Source of the DNA: Octopus vulgaris
Lineage: Eukaryota
Direction: 5' to 3'
Length of the DNA: 64,000 nt
NCBI GenBank assembly: GCA_951406725.2
Contig: OX597828.1
Span: 65,844,001-65,908,000 of the forward strand
Part shown: positions 12,215 to 25,813 of the stretch, in pieces
How the letters are laid out: every line of letters starts with the position of its first letter
How positions within the stretch are numbered: the first letter of the stretch is position 1
Program-made: the position numbers and the translations under genes
Notes under the pieces: model-generated
What the model saw: the letters and a program-made list of their open reading frames with translations, nothing else
The model's database searches: none
Told to the model about the DNA's origin: nothing

Positions 12215-12440
12215 ATATGTGTGTGTCCTTTATACAAATCCACAATTTTTCAGTTAGAGGGCTTGCACTTTCTATGGTCATTCAAAACCGTCCAAGGGTG
12301 GTCATGCACATCTTTACATTTCCCCAGTCACCCTGCAAAGCCATTAAAAAATCAATAGAAGTGACTTGTTTTGTGAATTGCCTGAAACTTGATACGCCAA
12401 TTGAATGCAGCTAGCTGGCGTTGCCGGGTCATAGTGCTAG
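12215..12440 (+). mobile_element. Non-autonomous Helitron-like 3' end
   Basis: GC hairpin ctggc-gtt-gccgg (~12416-12428) lies shortly before a terminal CTAG (12437-12440) followed by T. The 5' boundary is uncertain. Confidence 0.5.
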
Positions 12441-12773
12441 TTTATTATAAAAGGTTAATGAAGGGACTGTTTTAGTCAATAGCTTCTGAGGTTTGAAACA
12501 TGTCTGTGGTTGAATACTGACTCCTTGAAATTGGAAATTCCAAATAAGTTCAGGAAATTTTTCCTGTTTTAAGTATCTATAAGACTTGCCAATGCCATAG
12601 AATAAATTAGCTTATTTGTGTGAAGTTTAATCTCTAGGCTCTTTAATAATTTTTGACAGTATAAATTTTCGATAAATTCATGAGCAACGATATAGTTTAA
12701 CTTCTATAACAATGAAGCTTTAGCAAATCCTTGAGAAAGTGTAACTGTGTAGTTATTTTTCCTGAGAATAACT

Positions 12774-13169
12774 TACTTACTTGTGGCGACATTCACCCTG
12801 GGCGGGTTGAGTTGGCTTCTTCTACCACCCTTGAGGCATCTTGAACCATGGCAGTGGAAGAAGTTTCGTGGGAATATGAATTTCACAAGAGGTCCCTAAC
12901 AATCCCGCATGTAGAGACATCCTGTTTGCCGCGGATTGTTCGCAGACGCAGGGACAGAACGACCGAAGAGCCGCCGGTTGCCAAAACAGACACTCTGACG
13001 ATTTTCACCAGAGCTGTCTGCCGGGTTGTGACCCTAATACCACTCAGTGTCAAACCAATCCGCCTTGGGTTGCCCTACCAGGAACCAAAGTTCCCAACGG
13101 CATAGCTCTGACACTACCCGTCGCCAGCGTCCCCACCACGGTGAGGAGGTAATGGATTTTGAGGACACA
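12774..13169 (-). mobile_element. Complete bipartite non-autonomous RTE derivative (RTE 5' UTR joined to 3' tail)
   Basis: 12 bp TSD ctgagaataact (12762-12773, 13170-13181). The 5' part has the RTE-like gagctatgcc...cctggtagggcaacccaaggcgga. The 3' tail gaagccaactcaacccgcccagggtgaatg...caagtaagtaag resembles the tail of 20480-20855. Confidence 0.8.
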
Positions 13170-13230
13170 CTGAGAATAACTGCTTCTTTCTGCATTGAGT
13201 ATCATGGTTGATTTTGAGAATCTCCATTAA

Positions 13231-13442
13231 CCCTTTAGCATTTAAACTGGCCCAAATATTCTATCTGTTTTATGCTCAAACTGGCCAGATCTGGCCTCCC
13301 ATACATACCCTACAATGTCATTCTGAAAAAATAAACAATTGCATCATCAACTTCTCAAAGCTCCAAGATAATGTATGATTAATTCGAAACAATGTGAATA
13401 AATAAGTATTACATTTGACAGAATAATCTGAATGCTAAAGAG
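13231..13442. mobile_element. piggyBac-like MITE family 1
   Basis: TTAA|CCCTTTAGCATT...AATGCTAAAGAG|TTAA. Confidence 0.8.
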
Positions 13443-13916
13443 TTAAAAAATTATCTCTACGACCTAATCTTATATTAATTGCTTGTTCATTTGCCATCAT
13501 GGGTTAGACATATGTTAACTGAGATATTTTTTAACAGCTGGATGCCTTCTTGTCACTAATTCTTACCTGATTTTCAAGTAAGGGTAATTTATTCCACATA
13601 TTCTTCTGAAGCACTGAACCAGCAAATGATTTGTTGACTGGGGATGTCAATAAAGCTCACTAGCTTTTGCTCAACACTTTTTATACAAGGAATTTAAACA
13701 TTCACACAAATACAGGCTTATGGCAGGCTTCTGTACAGTTTCCATTTACTATTTTCACTCACAAGATAAGTTTTATATACTTTTATCCAAAATGGAGACA
13801 CTGATGTCTCATGTGATAGGCTTGATAATCGTTGAGGTAGTTCTTAACATGAACCAATGATATCCTTAAGAATCTTTAACCACCAGTGTGGTGTTGAGCA
13901 CTCATTCTCATCAGCA

Positions 13917-14450
13917 TTATCATTATCATCGTTTAACATCCACTTTCCATGCTAGCATGGGTTGGACGATTTGACTGAGGGCTGGTGAACCAGATGGCTG
14001 CAGCAGGCCCCAATCTTGATCTGGCAGAGTTTCTACAGCTGGATGCCCTTCCTAACACCAACCACTCCGAGAGTGTAGTGGGTGCTTTTACGTGCCACCA
14101 GCATGGGGGCCAGTCAGGCGGTACTGGCAACGACCTCGCTCGAATGGTGCCTTTTACGTGCCACCAGCACGGGAACCAGTTAGCCGCTCTTGCAACGATC
14201 ACACTCGGATGGTGCTCTTAGCACCCTACTAGCACGGGGCTCAAGTGCCAGTAAGGCGATGCTGGTAACAATCACACTCAAATGGTGCCTTTTAAGTGCC
14301 ACTAGCACAGAAGCCAGTTAGCCGCTCTGTCAATGATCACACTCGGATGGTGCTCTTTGCACCCCGCTAGCACGGATGACAGTCATCGAATTTGATTTTG
14401 ATTTCACTTGCCTCAACAAGTCTTCACAAGCTGTTTAGTGTCCAAAGAAG
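13917..14450 (-). mobile_element. RTE family C 3' UTR with tandem ~65 nt units
   Basis: (CAT)n tail on the left, conserved tail block, then about 4-5 units and upstream UTR matching 26870-26940. Confidence 0.9.
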
Positions 14451-15431
14451 TGTATGTGTGTCTATATATAGTTTACGTCATGAGAATTTAGAAACTTCAA
14501 TATGGTTAAATTAAATATTCTATCTGTATTGTTTTTATCTATGGGACTTAATATTTCTAAAATTTGGCTTAACATCACAATTTTTCCATATTCTTCTTCT
14601 ACTCTGGTTATTATCTGTCATTTATGCTATTGATAGAGCAAATTATTTTGTTGCTAATAAAAGCAGCAGTCCATAGCTGTGTGCTTATGAAGTTCACTGC
14701 TTACCCATATGATTTTGGGTTCAATCCCACTGCACAGCACTGATTAATGCCTTGATAGGAAATTTGGAAGATTGAAACTGAAAGAAATCTATTGCATAGT
14801 TTTTGCATATTTGTGTGAAATTTTACAAAACTACACCGAGTACAGATAACATCTTTTTGAATTAAGCTACAACTGGTAAAGTTTGTTGATACAGCTTGTC
14901 AGTAAGATAACCTGCTTTCTCTGTACTCTTGAATTCATCATTATCATCATCATCATACATCCTCTTTCCATCCTGGCAAGCATAGATATGACAGTTCGAC
15001 AGAGAACTGGCAAGCTGCTGGGTTGTATCAAGCTTCAGTGTCATCATTGGCATCGTTTCTATGGCTGGATGCACCTTCCTAACACTTTTTAGCACAGTGT
15101 GTGCTGGGTGCTTTTTTCATGCCGCCAGCACTGATAAAGTTGTTGTGTAACTTGCAAGAAAGAAAAGAAGTAAAATGGGGGGAAATTCTTCTGGAATAAA
15201 AACCCCTTACATGAAAAACAAGTATGGATTGCCACCAGGAAGTGCATCCAGCAAGAAAAGTCCTGCCTCAAAATTCACTTCTAAGCCATACTAGTATGTA
15301 AAATATGTTAAAGAAAAGGAAAAGATGGTCTTAGATAACAGCACATCATCCAGCCATGTTGATCTGTCTCTTTAACTTTTACTCCAAATACTAGGTTTGT
15401 TCTCCAGAATTCTTTCATTTTCTTGGATCAC

Positions 15432-16050
15432 CATCATCATCATCGTTTAACGTCCGCTTTCCATGCTAGCATGGGTTGGACGGTTCGACCGGGGATCTGG
15501 GAAGCCAGAAGGCTGCACCAGGCTCCAGTCTGATCTGGCAGTGTTTCTACAGTTGGATGCCCTTCCTAACGCCAACCACTCCGTGAGTGTAGTGGGTGCT
15601 TTTTTACGTGCAATGGCCCAGTGGTTAGGGCAGCGGACTCGCGGTCGGAGGATCGCAGTTTCGATTCCCAGACCGGGCATTGTGAATGTTTATTGAGCAA
15701 AAACACCAAAAGCTCCACGAGGCTCCGGCAGGGGATGGTGGTGAACCCTGCTGTACTCTTTCACCACAACTTTCTCTCGCTCTTTCTTCCTGTTTCTCTT
15801 GTACCTGTATTTCAAAGGGCCAGCCTTGTCACAATCTGTGTCACGCTGAATCTCCTCGAGAACTACGTTAAGGGTACACGTGTCTGTGGAGTGCTCAGCC
15901 ACTTGCACGTTAATATCACGAGCAAACTGTTCCGTTGATCGTATCGGCTGGGACCCTCATCGTCGCAACCGACGGAGTGCTCCTACGTGCCACCAGCACA
16001 GGTGCCAGGGGAGGCTGACTGCGGTCACGATCGGTTGGTGCTTTTTACGT
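15432..16050 (-). mobile_element. RTE family C 3' end interrupted by a tRNA-headed SINE
   Basis: The host sequence gggtgctttttacgtgc|caccagcacagg is split by the insert. Confidence 0.85.
15612..15983 (+). mobile_element. tRNA-derived SINE family D, nested
   Basis: A-box tggcccagtgg and B-box-like gtttcgattcc. Flanking direct repeat tacgtgc (15605-15611, 15984-15990). A partial reverse copy of the head lies at ~18903-19061. Confidence 0.8.
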
Positions 16051-17095
16051 GGTTTGCTGCTTGGAACTTGAAAGATCAACTATTATAAAAACTTCCTCAA
16101 AGTGAAGGCACAGGCTGGAAAGCTGAGGATTTTCCAATCGAAGCTGGATACAGTATGAGGCAATTGTTGTCACTAGGCCTAACTTATAAAGCAAACACCA
16201 TCATGAGTGACATCCAGACTACAGTGGAGAAGGCAAGCCACTAGATTTGGTTAAAGAGATGATGAGCAATGGCTGGAAGGATATTGAGCAAAACCTAGTG
16301 ACCAGTAGATCGAGCAGGTGGGGGCTTCATCTCAGTGGTGTATGTGATGGGGGCAGTGCACAATAATGTAATTGATTCATCCCCTCCCCCAAAATGGCTG
16401 CCCTTGTGGCAAAATTTGAATATTATTATTGTACTTTCTTCACTTCTGCCTTGATTCCATTTTAGGCATAGTCATTTCTCTTCCTATATTAAAACCACTG
16501 GTTATTTAAAGTTAAAAATTTAGTAACCACTCTACTTTATTTACCCCTCCCCCTCCTTAAATGTGAATAGGGATTCTTAGTTTACATTGAATTCATCCTC
16601 TTTGAAAGTAAACTTCAAATTGGGAAAACTTGCCAACTAATTTGTTTCATTCTGAATAGACTTTATTGTATTATGAATATAATTGCTTATTATAATACCA
16701 ACTTGACTCCAGCATTGCTTTAGTCATGTGATTTTGTTTTTCAAATTGTTGCTTATACAGTATTTGAAGTATAATTATAACTATTTTGCTTTTATGATCC
16801 ACAGTCATGTGGGAGGACTTTGGGAGAAGTGAACAATATAACATCCTAATCAACAGGGTTGTCATTTAAGAGGTGGTTGAGAGAGCGACCACTTACAGCA
16901 GACCAGCTTAGTACAGTGTTGAATAATGGCATTGCTTGTCTTCCAGCCTTAGCTTTTCACACTGTTAGATGAAACTGTTTCAAAATTGTCCGGTATTTCT
17001 AAGTTCAGTGATCACATTTAATTGCTACATACATGCGTGTGCATGTAAGGGAAAAGGCTTTGTTGAAAACAATTACTCTTTCAAATATGTACTTT

Positions 17096-17126
<31 letters not shown>

Positions 17127-17357
17127 ATCATTAAAATTTTTTTTTTCAGAATGAGATAAAAATCCAAGGCTGGGAAAGATTTTAGTACATTTATAAATAG
17201 GTCTTACATCTGTTTCTGGGATATTTTAAATATCCCTTCACCTGGAGCTTAACTATGGTCTGTCCATAGCACTTACTCAGCATTACCTGACACCTTTGGG
17301 TCTTCGTGACACCATTACTTCTCATAACCTCTATATATTCATATTATATATGTGATT

Positions 17358-17737
17358 ACTGGCACTTGAGCCCCGTGCTAGTAGGGTATTAAAAGCACCA
17401 TCCGAGCGTGATCATTGCCAGAGCAGCTATCTGGCCTCTGTGCTGGTAGCACGTGAAAGACACCATTCAAGCGTGATCGTTACCAGCATCGCCTTACCGG
17501 CACCTGTGCCGGTGGCATGTGTAAAAGATTCGAGCATGGTCGTTGCTAGTACCGCCTGACTGGCCCCGTGCCTGTGGCATGTAAAAGCACCCACTACACT
17601 CTCGGAGTGGTTGGCGTTAGGAAGGCCATCCAGCCATAGAAACTGCCAGATCAAGATTGAAGCCTGGTTCGCCAGCCCTCAGTCATACGTGCAACCCATG
17701 CTAGCATGGAAAGCAGACGTTAAATGGTGATGATGAT
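17358..17737 (+). mobile_element. RTE family C 3' end with tandem units
   Basis: About 3-4 gtgcyrgtrgcac/aaaagcacc units, then the conserved tail and (GAT)n. Confidence 0.9.
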
Positions 17738-19108
17738 GTGTGTGTGTATAATTATATATACTAGCAGACTCACCACACTTCAGGCAGTTTTCTGCTAGTC
17801 ATAATGATACGCAAACATTGTGCAAGCCTAGGTGTTGTTAGGAAGTGCTTCCCTACCACATGATCTGATCCAGTCCTACTCCATGGCATCTTGGGTAGAG
17901 TCTTCTACTATAGTCCCAGGCCAACCAGAACCTTGTGAATGGATTTAACAGATGGAAAGAAGTCTGTTATGGGTATCTCCTCATCTTGACATCTCATGGT
18001 AGTTAGTTGTAAGCAGGTGTCACTGTCATACGAGTCGTATCATTTGCTTCCAGTCTTCCATGAAAACCTGTCCAGCAAAGAGGAAATATTATCTTACTTG
18101 GAAACAGGCGTGAGTTGGTGACCTTGGAAGGATTTCTGGCCATACAAAAATCTACCTCAGTAGAAAAGTGGACATTGGAAGGATGACATTTGTAGCCATG
18201 GCTCCAAATCAAGGATTGAACTTCACAATTATTTTAGAAATTGCTCCTCATACTCCTTCACAAGCGCTCTCCATGATGGGCAAATCTGAGAGGTACCCCC
18301 CACACACACACACACACTATGAGAGAGAGTGAGAGACATACACACACAAGTATAACTGGTTACAAAATGAACTTCTTAACTGTAGTTTTTGGATTCAGTC
18401 CCACTGCCTGATCTCGAGCCAGTGTCTTTTACTATAGCTTTGGGCCAACCAATGCTTTCTCGGTGCATACAAGAGACAGAAACAGAAAGAAGCTTATTAT
18501 ATATAGTGTGTGTGTTCATGTCTCCTTGTCTTGACATTGTGGACTATTTGTAAACAAGTATCGTCCTTCATTTACATTCTTCCAAGAAAACATTTTGCCT
18601 TCTTTCTGCTGCTTCTTTGAAGGACCAAGGAGGGTAATATTGGAAACAGATGATGGATGGCAACAGAAAGATCATCTGGCCACAGAAAATTTGTTTTGAC
18701 AAATTTTATCTGACCCATGCAGGCATGAAAAAGTAAAGGTTAAAACAATGATAATGATATATATATATATATGTATGTATGTGTGTGTATATATATATAT
18801 ATCATGTGACTGACCAGGCTATCAGATGTTGCTACACATCGTTGGTCACAATGCACTTCGCATTGTTTTATCCTTCAAATGACGCCACCCCGCTGGCTAA
18901 GAGTGAGAGAAAGTTGTGGCGAAAGAGTACAGCAGGGATCACCCCCCATCCTGCTGGAGCCTTGTGGAGCTTTAGGTGTTTTCGCTTAATAAACACTCAC
19001 AACGCCTGGTCTGAGAATTGAAACTGCAATCCTACAACTGTGAGTCTGCTGCCCTAACCATACATACATACATATATGTATGTATGTATGTATAATATAT
19101 ATTAGTTA

Positions 19109-19400
19109 AGGTGCATGGCTCAGTGATTAGAGCATCATGCTTACCAGTTGTTTCATTCCCAGATCAGGCTGTGTTCTTGAGCTAGACACTTTATTTTGTG
19201 TTGCTCCAGTTCACTCAGCTGTAGAAATGAGTTGCGATGTCAATAGTACCAAGCTGTATTGGCCTTTCCCTTGGACAACATTGGTGGCATGGAGAGGGGA
19301 GACTGGTATGCTGGTCGTCCACAAACAGCCTTGCCTGGAGGGGAACTTTCTTGATGCAATCTTATGGTCATTTGTGACCAAAGTGTGGTGGGTCTTTATT
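19109..19400 (+). mobile_element. tRNA-headed SINE family E
   Basis: A-box-like tggctcagtga and the segment cactcagctgtagaaatgagt. The 3' part is repeated at 54414-54631. Confidence 0.7.
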
Positions 19401-19726
19401 AGGACCTATATTCAATAAAACCTTTAAGGTAGAAGGCTGTGATTGTGAGAGAACTAGCTGCTATTTCATCAAGTTGAACAACCTTGTGTCAGTGCTTTGT
19501 TAAACAAGATTTACATAGGAACAATTCTCTTCTTCCTTCCATATGTCTTACACTTTCAGTTTCGTATCTTCAGACTACATACACAAAGTAACAGGTTACA
19601 CAATTTAGGGTCACCTTTAGAGATGAGTTTTGACTTCTGAAGTTAATGAAAGGGAGCTTTTTATTTATTCATTATTTTTTTTACCTCAGTCACACTTATA
19701 TACATATTATTAGATGTGAATTTTAA

Positions 19727-19935
19727 TCCTTTCATTACTGTATTTATTTTGAGATGCTCTGTGTTTCTTCCAATTATTTTAAATATAACGAAGAATTTAG
19801 TAAAATAACATTGTTATCATTAAGCTAATGTTAGGAACATAGATTTGGTGGAAGATTTGAATTCAAAACTTATGAAAACAAGACATTTATACTAAAGAGC
19901 TAGAGCCAGTTTCAGTCGGGTTGGTAACAAAAGGG
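19727..19935. mobile_element. piggyBac-like MITE family 2
   Basis: TTAA|tCCTTTCATTAC...GTAACAAAAGGG|TTAA. Inverted relative to 47896-48106. Confidence 0.8.
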
Positions 19936-20479
19936 TTAATCCTTTTAGCAAAACTATCACTAAACACTGATACAGTTAGCCAAGCCTACAAACCATTTTA
20001 GTTGTTCACCTTAGGCTTCTAGTGACCTCAACGACAACATGAATCTGCTCCATTTTCTGAATCTGTAAAGCTTTTGCCTTTTTTAAGAAATCAATAATTG
20101 CATTATATTGAACTTGTCACTTTGGCCATAACTGGCACAACTCAAACACATAAAAATAAAAGATCGAATCAATCAATTTTGTTAAAATTGTGTCATGAAA
20201 TTTAGTAAACTGCAGCGGCTGTAAGGTTTCATTGCCTAACAACTAATCACCTAAAGTTTACATCTCTTATGTTCTTTCTTTCAGAAGGTGCACTACAATG
20301 TTTATTTCAGTCTACCTGGCTGACAATAGGCATCATTCCTGCTGCAAAGCTCGTGTGTAGTTAACACAGGGAAAAAACATCTGTCGAAATATAAATCTGC
20401 TACAATAGTGTGTGAATGTGTAGGCTTACACGTGTTCATTCGCATTATGTAGAAACGTGGTAAGGCATATTTGAAGGTA

Positions 20480-20855
20480 CGACACCAGTGCAGAATCACC
20501 TCCCTCTGACAAGTCATCCTAACGAGACATCTGCGTTGGCTGGGTCATGCCCTCTGTCGTCAACCAAGAGAATTCATCTATGAAGCAATTGCCCCAGCTC
20601 CCCTTCAGGGTTGGCAAAAGCAATGTGGTGGACAACGAAAAACCTGGCTGAAAACAAAACAAAAACCTGGCTGGAACCCAACCTAGGCCTCCATGTCTAC
20701 GGTATTTGCTGCTGGAATAAGGAGTGGTTGGAGATCGCACGGTCAGTAGCCTCAAATCGCCAGGTCTGGTCAGCATTTGTGAGAGATGCAGCATTGAGGA
20801 TGAATGAAGCCAGCTCAACCCACCCCGGGTGAATGCTGTCTCAAGTCAAGTCAAG
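20480..20855 (+). mobile_element. RTE LINE 3' fragment with (CAAGT)n tail
   Basis: Encodes HLRWLGHALCRQPREFIYEAIAPAPLQGWQKQCGGQRKTWLKT, the RTE LRWxGH...GGxRKTW motif. Confidence 0.85.
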
Positions 20856-21083
20856 AAACATGTAGATTTAGAGTACATACACACATTTTCCCATGCTAGC
20901 ATGGGTTGGACTTAATAATAACTTACAGGAACCAAGCTTGAGTTTGGTGGTCTTTCTCACGCTGAACTTATATATGTGTGTTTATGTATGTAATTAAGAG
21001 TAGCTGTCAAGAACTATTCCAATGGAGACTAAACAGAAGGAGTGGGGGAGGTACAATAAAATATACACATTGCAGTTTATTCT

Positions 21084-21449
21084 TTTCAGTCATTTGACTG
21101 TGGCCATGCTGAAGCACCACCTTTAGTCAAGCAAATCAACCCCAGGACTTATTCTTCGTAAGCCTAGTACTTATTCTATCGGTCTCTTTTGCAAAACCGC
21201 TAAGTTACAGGAGACATAAACACACCAGCATTGGTTGTCAAGCGATGTTGGGTGGGTGGGTGGGGGACAAACACAGACACAAACATACACACACATATAT
21301 ATATATATATACTTTGGCGTTAGGAAGGGCATCCAGCCGTAGAAACACTGCCAGATTTGACTGGGCCTGATGAAGCCTTCTGGCTTCACAGACCCCAGTA
21401 GAACCGTCCAACCCATGCTAGCATGGAAAACGGACGCTAAACGATGATG
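21084..21449. mobile_element. SINE B 3' half (-) abutting an RTE family C tail (+)
   Basis: 21084-21300 is the reverse complement of the family B 3' half. 21314-21449 is the family C tail. Confidence 0.85.
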
Positions 21450-22010
21450 ATATATATATATATGACTTGAGTCAAGGAGGTCTATATAGCGTCCTTGGTT
21501 TGTAAAACTGTATACGGTAACGTCCTTTATTATTATTGTATATATAACATAATGCAAACGTGTAGCTTTTTTTGTGCATTTTGTTTGCAGAAAATAAAAA
21601 AATAACAGTAATAACGTTTAATAAATGTTGCTTATTGCAAGTTATGGATGATTCTTTTGTGACCTCATTGCTTTCAGGCTTAGCTTAAGGTATTTTCGCG
21701 CCAGACAACACAAAATGCATCTGAATAAACATTGCCAGACAGCAAATAGAGACTCGGATATTGCTTTGAAAATAATTTTCTTTTTTAACCTCATATATAG
21801 TGTGCACTAGGGATTTTGACCTTTAAATTTTGGGGGGGAAATGTGGATTATACTTGGATTTATGGTATATTTTACAATGTTGGTACTTTTACTTACTCAA
21901 CACTCCATGTTACATGTTGTTCATCCTAAAATTAAAGGTGTAAATCTTTTAGATGTTACAGTCCACCAAAACCACCTAATTTCATTTGAAATACATGGTT
22001 TTTTACATGC

Positions 22011-22265
22011 CACCAGCATGGGGGCCAGTCAGGTGGTACTGGAGCGAGGTCGTTGCCAGTACCGCCTGACTGGCCCCCATGACGGTGGCACATAAAAAGC
22101 ACCCGCTACACTCTCGGAGTGGTTGGCGTTAGGAAGGGCATCCAGCTGTAGAAACTGCCAGATCAAGATTGGAGCCTGGTGCAGCCATCTGGTTCGCCAG
22201 CCCTCAATCAAAGTCGTCCAAACCATGCTAGTATGGAAAGAGGACGTTAAACGATGATGATGATG
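22011..22265 (+). mobile_element. RTE family C 3' end
   Basis: Conserved tail and (GAT)n. The 5' part contains a short inverted copy of the unit. Confidence 0.85.
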
Positions 22266-22823
22266 GATCCTTAAACATCTCAGGCAGATTAGTGGTACTG
22301 TTTAAATTTTGTTTCCAAAATGATTTATGAGTTAAGAGCTGGATAACTATAGTTTTGTCAAATTGGGTTTTAATCAAATTTTACCATTTCCAGAGCATCA
22401 ATAGTTTGAGTTCATAAGTGTTTATTTGCTTCAGTTTTTTTTTTTTTTTTTTCTCAATCCAATTTTTAGAAAATATAATTAAGAAAAATGCTGCATCATA
22501 TTTTGAAGGTCTCTTGTAAACAATCATTCTACTTTCTTTCATGTATCTTTTATTTAGTTGGTAATTTAACATTTTTCATCTAATTTTTTTTCCCCCCACC
22601 AATCTTACCAGATATCAGTAGCTTTGCAGATTTAAACATTTGTATAGAAAATAGGTTATTTCACACAAAGGATGTTCATATATTACTAACAGCTAAAAAA
22701 AAAAACTTTTATATTTTTGTTGTATGACTTCAGACAACTCTATTCAAGCAAAACCTACATACATATTTTCAGTAAGTTAGTCGGAAGGAATGTTGAAAGT
22801 ATGTCCACACATTTACAGCTTAA

Positions 22824-23446
22824 CCCTTTAGCTTTCAAATTCCTCTGTCTAATGCAATGCTTATTTATTCACATTGCTTTGGGTTGATCATGTATTACCT
22901 TGTAGCTTCAAGATTTTAATGATGTGACTACGTTTACCCTGCACAAGTGAAAGCAGGGTATTGTAATAACTTATTTTCACAACAGCATTGGTTGTCAAGC
23001 GATGTTGGGGGGACAAACACACACACATATATACACATATACATATATACGACGGGCTTCTTTCAGTTTCTGTCTACCAAATCCACTCACAAGGCTTTGG
23101 TTGGCCCGAGGCTATAGTAGAAGACACTTGCCCAAGGTGCCACGCAGTGGGACTGAACACAGAACCATGTGGTTGGTATGCAAGCTACTTACCACACAGC
23201 CACTTTTTCATATGAATTTAGTTCATTTAAAAAGCATGAGTAAGCGACATATTGTAAGCCACACTAATTTGCGAAAAAAATAAATAAATAAATCTGCATG
23301 CAGGGTATTCATCGCCCTCCAATGCCTTTTTTCCCATTATTTTTAGAATGTTATTGTTGAGTAAGTGTGAGAGGTTAGGTCTGATTGATTTGAACATAAA
23401 ACATTTAGAATATCAGGGCGAGATGTGGCTGGTTTAAATGCTAGAG
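22824..23446. mobile_element. piggyBac-like MITE family 1 interrupted by nested inserts, including SINE B (-) at 22981-23203
   Basis: TTAA|CCCTTTAGC at the left and AATGCTAGAG|TTAA at the right. Both halves match 13231-13442. Confidence 0.7.
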
Positions 23447-23764
23447 TTAAATGTTAATTACAACTTTTCTTAGTTATCTTCATCTCTCAGTGGAAAGACT
23501 TAAAAATTTTCTGATGATTCTAAAAGTCAAAATACCTTCATTGTTAGGGTAGTATTATTATAGCCACATGTCCTCCTTTCTATGAATCACTGTACCATAA
23601 ACTGCGAGGTCATAACTAGCTGGACAGGTTAAGTAATTTAGTATTGGGACACGGTACAATGGCTATAGTATATTTTAAATTGTCCGTCTCTCACACAATA
23701 TCTTTTCCATTTGTCAAAAGGCATGGGATTTAAGTAGGATAAAATTACTCTGACAGGAAATGGG

Positions 23765-24174
23765 GGAGCTTTTCGGTTTGAACAGCAGTTTTTAACATAA
23801 TTTCTGGATAACTAGAAAATTTTAAACTTCGTATACTGGAAGAATGTGTTTATAAAACCTCTTTTTCTCTTGGCTTTATTGAGAAAATTCTATAGTTTGT
23901 AAGATTTTTGTTGTTTTTTTCTTCAATTTCTACAATTTCAACCAATCACTGACATCCATTGAGGTAAACAACATTCTGTGCCGTATGAATATGTCCCTCG
24001 TTTAAGAAACAGATTGGGTTTATTTACATTTGTGAAGAAAAAAAGATACCCTTCCCCCCACCCCTAACCCTAAAATAGATTGAAATGCAATAGATCGATA
24101 CTAGGGTCATAATTATGGGTGACAATTTCATATGACACTGCTAGAAAAAACTGCCGTTCAAACTGAAAAGATCC
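23765..24174 (-). mobile_element. Merlin-like MITE, copy 2
   Basis: Same TIR. TSD gaaatggg (23757-23764, 24175-24182). Confidence 0.9.
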
Positions 24175-25172
24175 GAAATGGGTTTGTATTGTTGCAGCAA
24201 AAGATTTATTTTATAGATTTATTAAGTGTCTTAGTTCTTCCCTTACATCTAGCCTGTACATCAGGCTGTAAGACATCTCCAATCCTCTTGGTTTTGAGCA
24301 TAGTTGCCTGCATCCTCCCAGGTGATGCTAAATTGCTTCAGATCTTTGAAGTGACACATGTCTTCATGAATCACCTTCTGTTTTTTTTTTTTTTTTATCT
24401 CTCACATTACTCATTGTGTCTTTGGAAGTCATTCTTCTTGCAGTTGGGAAACATGACCTGAAAGTCTCACTCTTCTTTCTGCCACAATCTCCTGCAAGCT
24501 GCACAGATTAGCTTTTCTCAAGCCTAAGGATCAACTCTAAAAAGACACCAAGGTGATGCAGGGCAAATAAGTAAACTGTTACACAAACTTTTGGGAATGA
24601 AGTCTCCATTGAAATAAGAAGCCTAGAATTAGTTAATTAGCCATCATTTATATGAACTAATGACTCCAGTGACGAGTTATTTCCAACCTTTTGTCCTTAT
24701 GAGAGATTATTTATGATTAGAAAGAATAAACCTACTTCCTTAATGAATATATGCAAAAGAGCCGGTTAAATGGGTTTTCTCCCAATAACTCACTGTTCAT
24801 TCAAATCTTCTGTCAAGAATTTTCACTAAACTCTCTCAACAGTTTGGACATTTATCAAAAAGGTTTTCTAGACAATTACTTCCATCATTATATTCTTTGT
24901 TTTATAAACATTTTAATCAGGTTCACTGCTGTTTGTGTTCTGAAGCATTCTGGTACATATGTATAGTGCTGGCTAATAATCCATTCAATGAGGCTAGCAC
25001 AATAGCCTCACTAGACTGTCATTACTGAAAAATTGTGGACTAATAACTGTACATTTGATGATAGCCAGGAAATTAGATTGTTAATACCTTTTTCTGGCGA
25101 GAAATATAAATATTAGAAATATTGAATTTCTAAATGTCTCAGAGAGACATGAGTGGTGGTGGAGCGATAGAG

Positions 25173-25438
25173 TGGTTGTATACTGTCAACTTAACGTGAC
25201 AGTCCCGTAAAGGGAATTACACCACCACTATTTAGCCCTAGGAAGCATCAACGCTTCCTGTCGGCTTTGACACATTTCCTGTGTCGGTATATTTGTGAAG
25301 GGGAGGCAAGCGCCCCCACCAGAAGGACACAGGAAATGTGTCAAAACCGACAGGAAGCGTCGATGCTTCCTAGCGCTAAATAGCAGTGGTGTAATTCTTT
25401 TTACGGGACTGTCACGTTATGTTGACAGTATACAACCA
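25173..25438. repeat. Long fold-back: 113 bp inverted arms around a 40 bp spacer
   Basis: 25173-25285 is the near-exact reverse complement of 25326-25438. No TSD is seen. Confidence 0.9.
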
Positions 25439-25813
25439 ATATAAATATTCATAGTTCAAATCTAATGCAGGGCAATTTACATATTCAGGAATATATCACC
25501 TGATGATAGTTGTAGATTTAATTAAAACTTACAGATAAAAACATTGAGGAAATTAATAACTCAGATAACATTAATTACAAATATTTACAGTTTTTAATTT
25601 TGATGGTGAGATGAATTTCACATTTTATCAGCAATGACAACCAGCAAACATATGGATACAATTGGTTAGTAAATTGACTAAATCCAAATTACCATGCAAA
25701 GATTTGTCCTTGAAACTGTATCAGTACTATTCCAGTTTACAATATACCATTCTTTTAGATGTTCTACAATTCTAAGTTTGCAACTCCAGTGTATTAAAAA
25801 TAAGGGCTAAACA

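Noticed and set aside
13933-14221. Recurrent peptides such as DLAVFLQLDALPNANHSVSVVGAF in many ORFs
   Set aside because: Chance open frames in the non-coding RTE 3' tail, repeated only because the repeat is multicopy.
15612-15680. tRNA gene
   Set aside because: It has A/B-box-like motifs but no complete cloverleaf, and it continues into a SINE body with flanking direct repeats.
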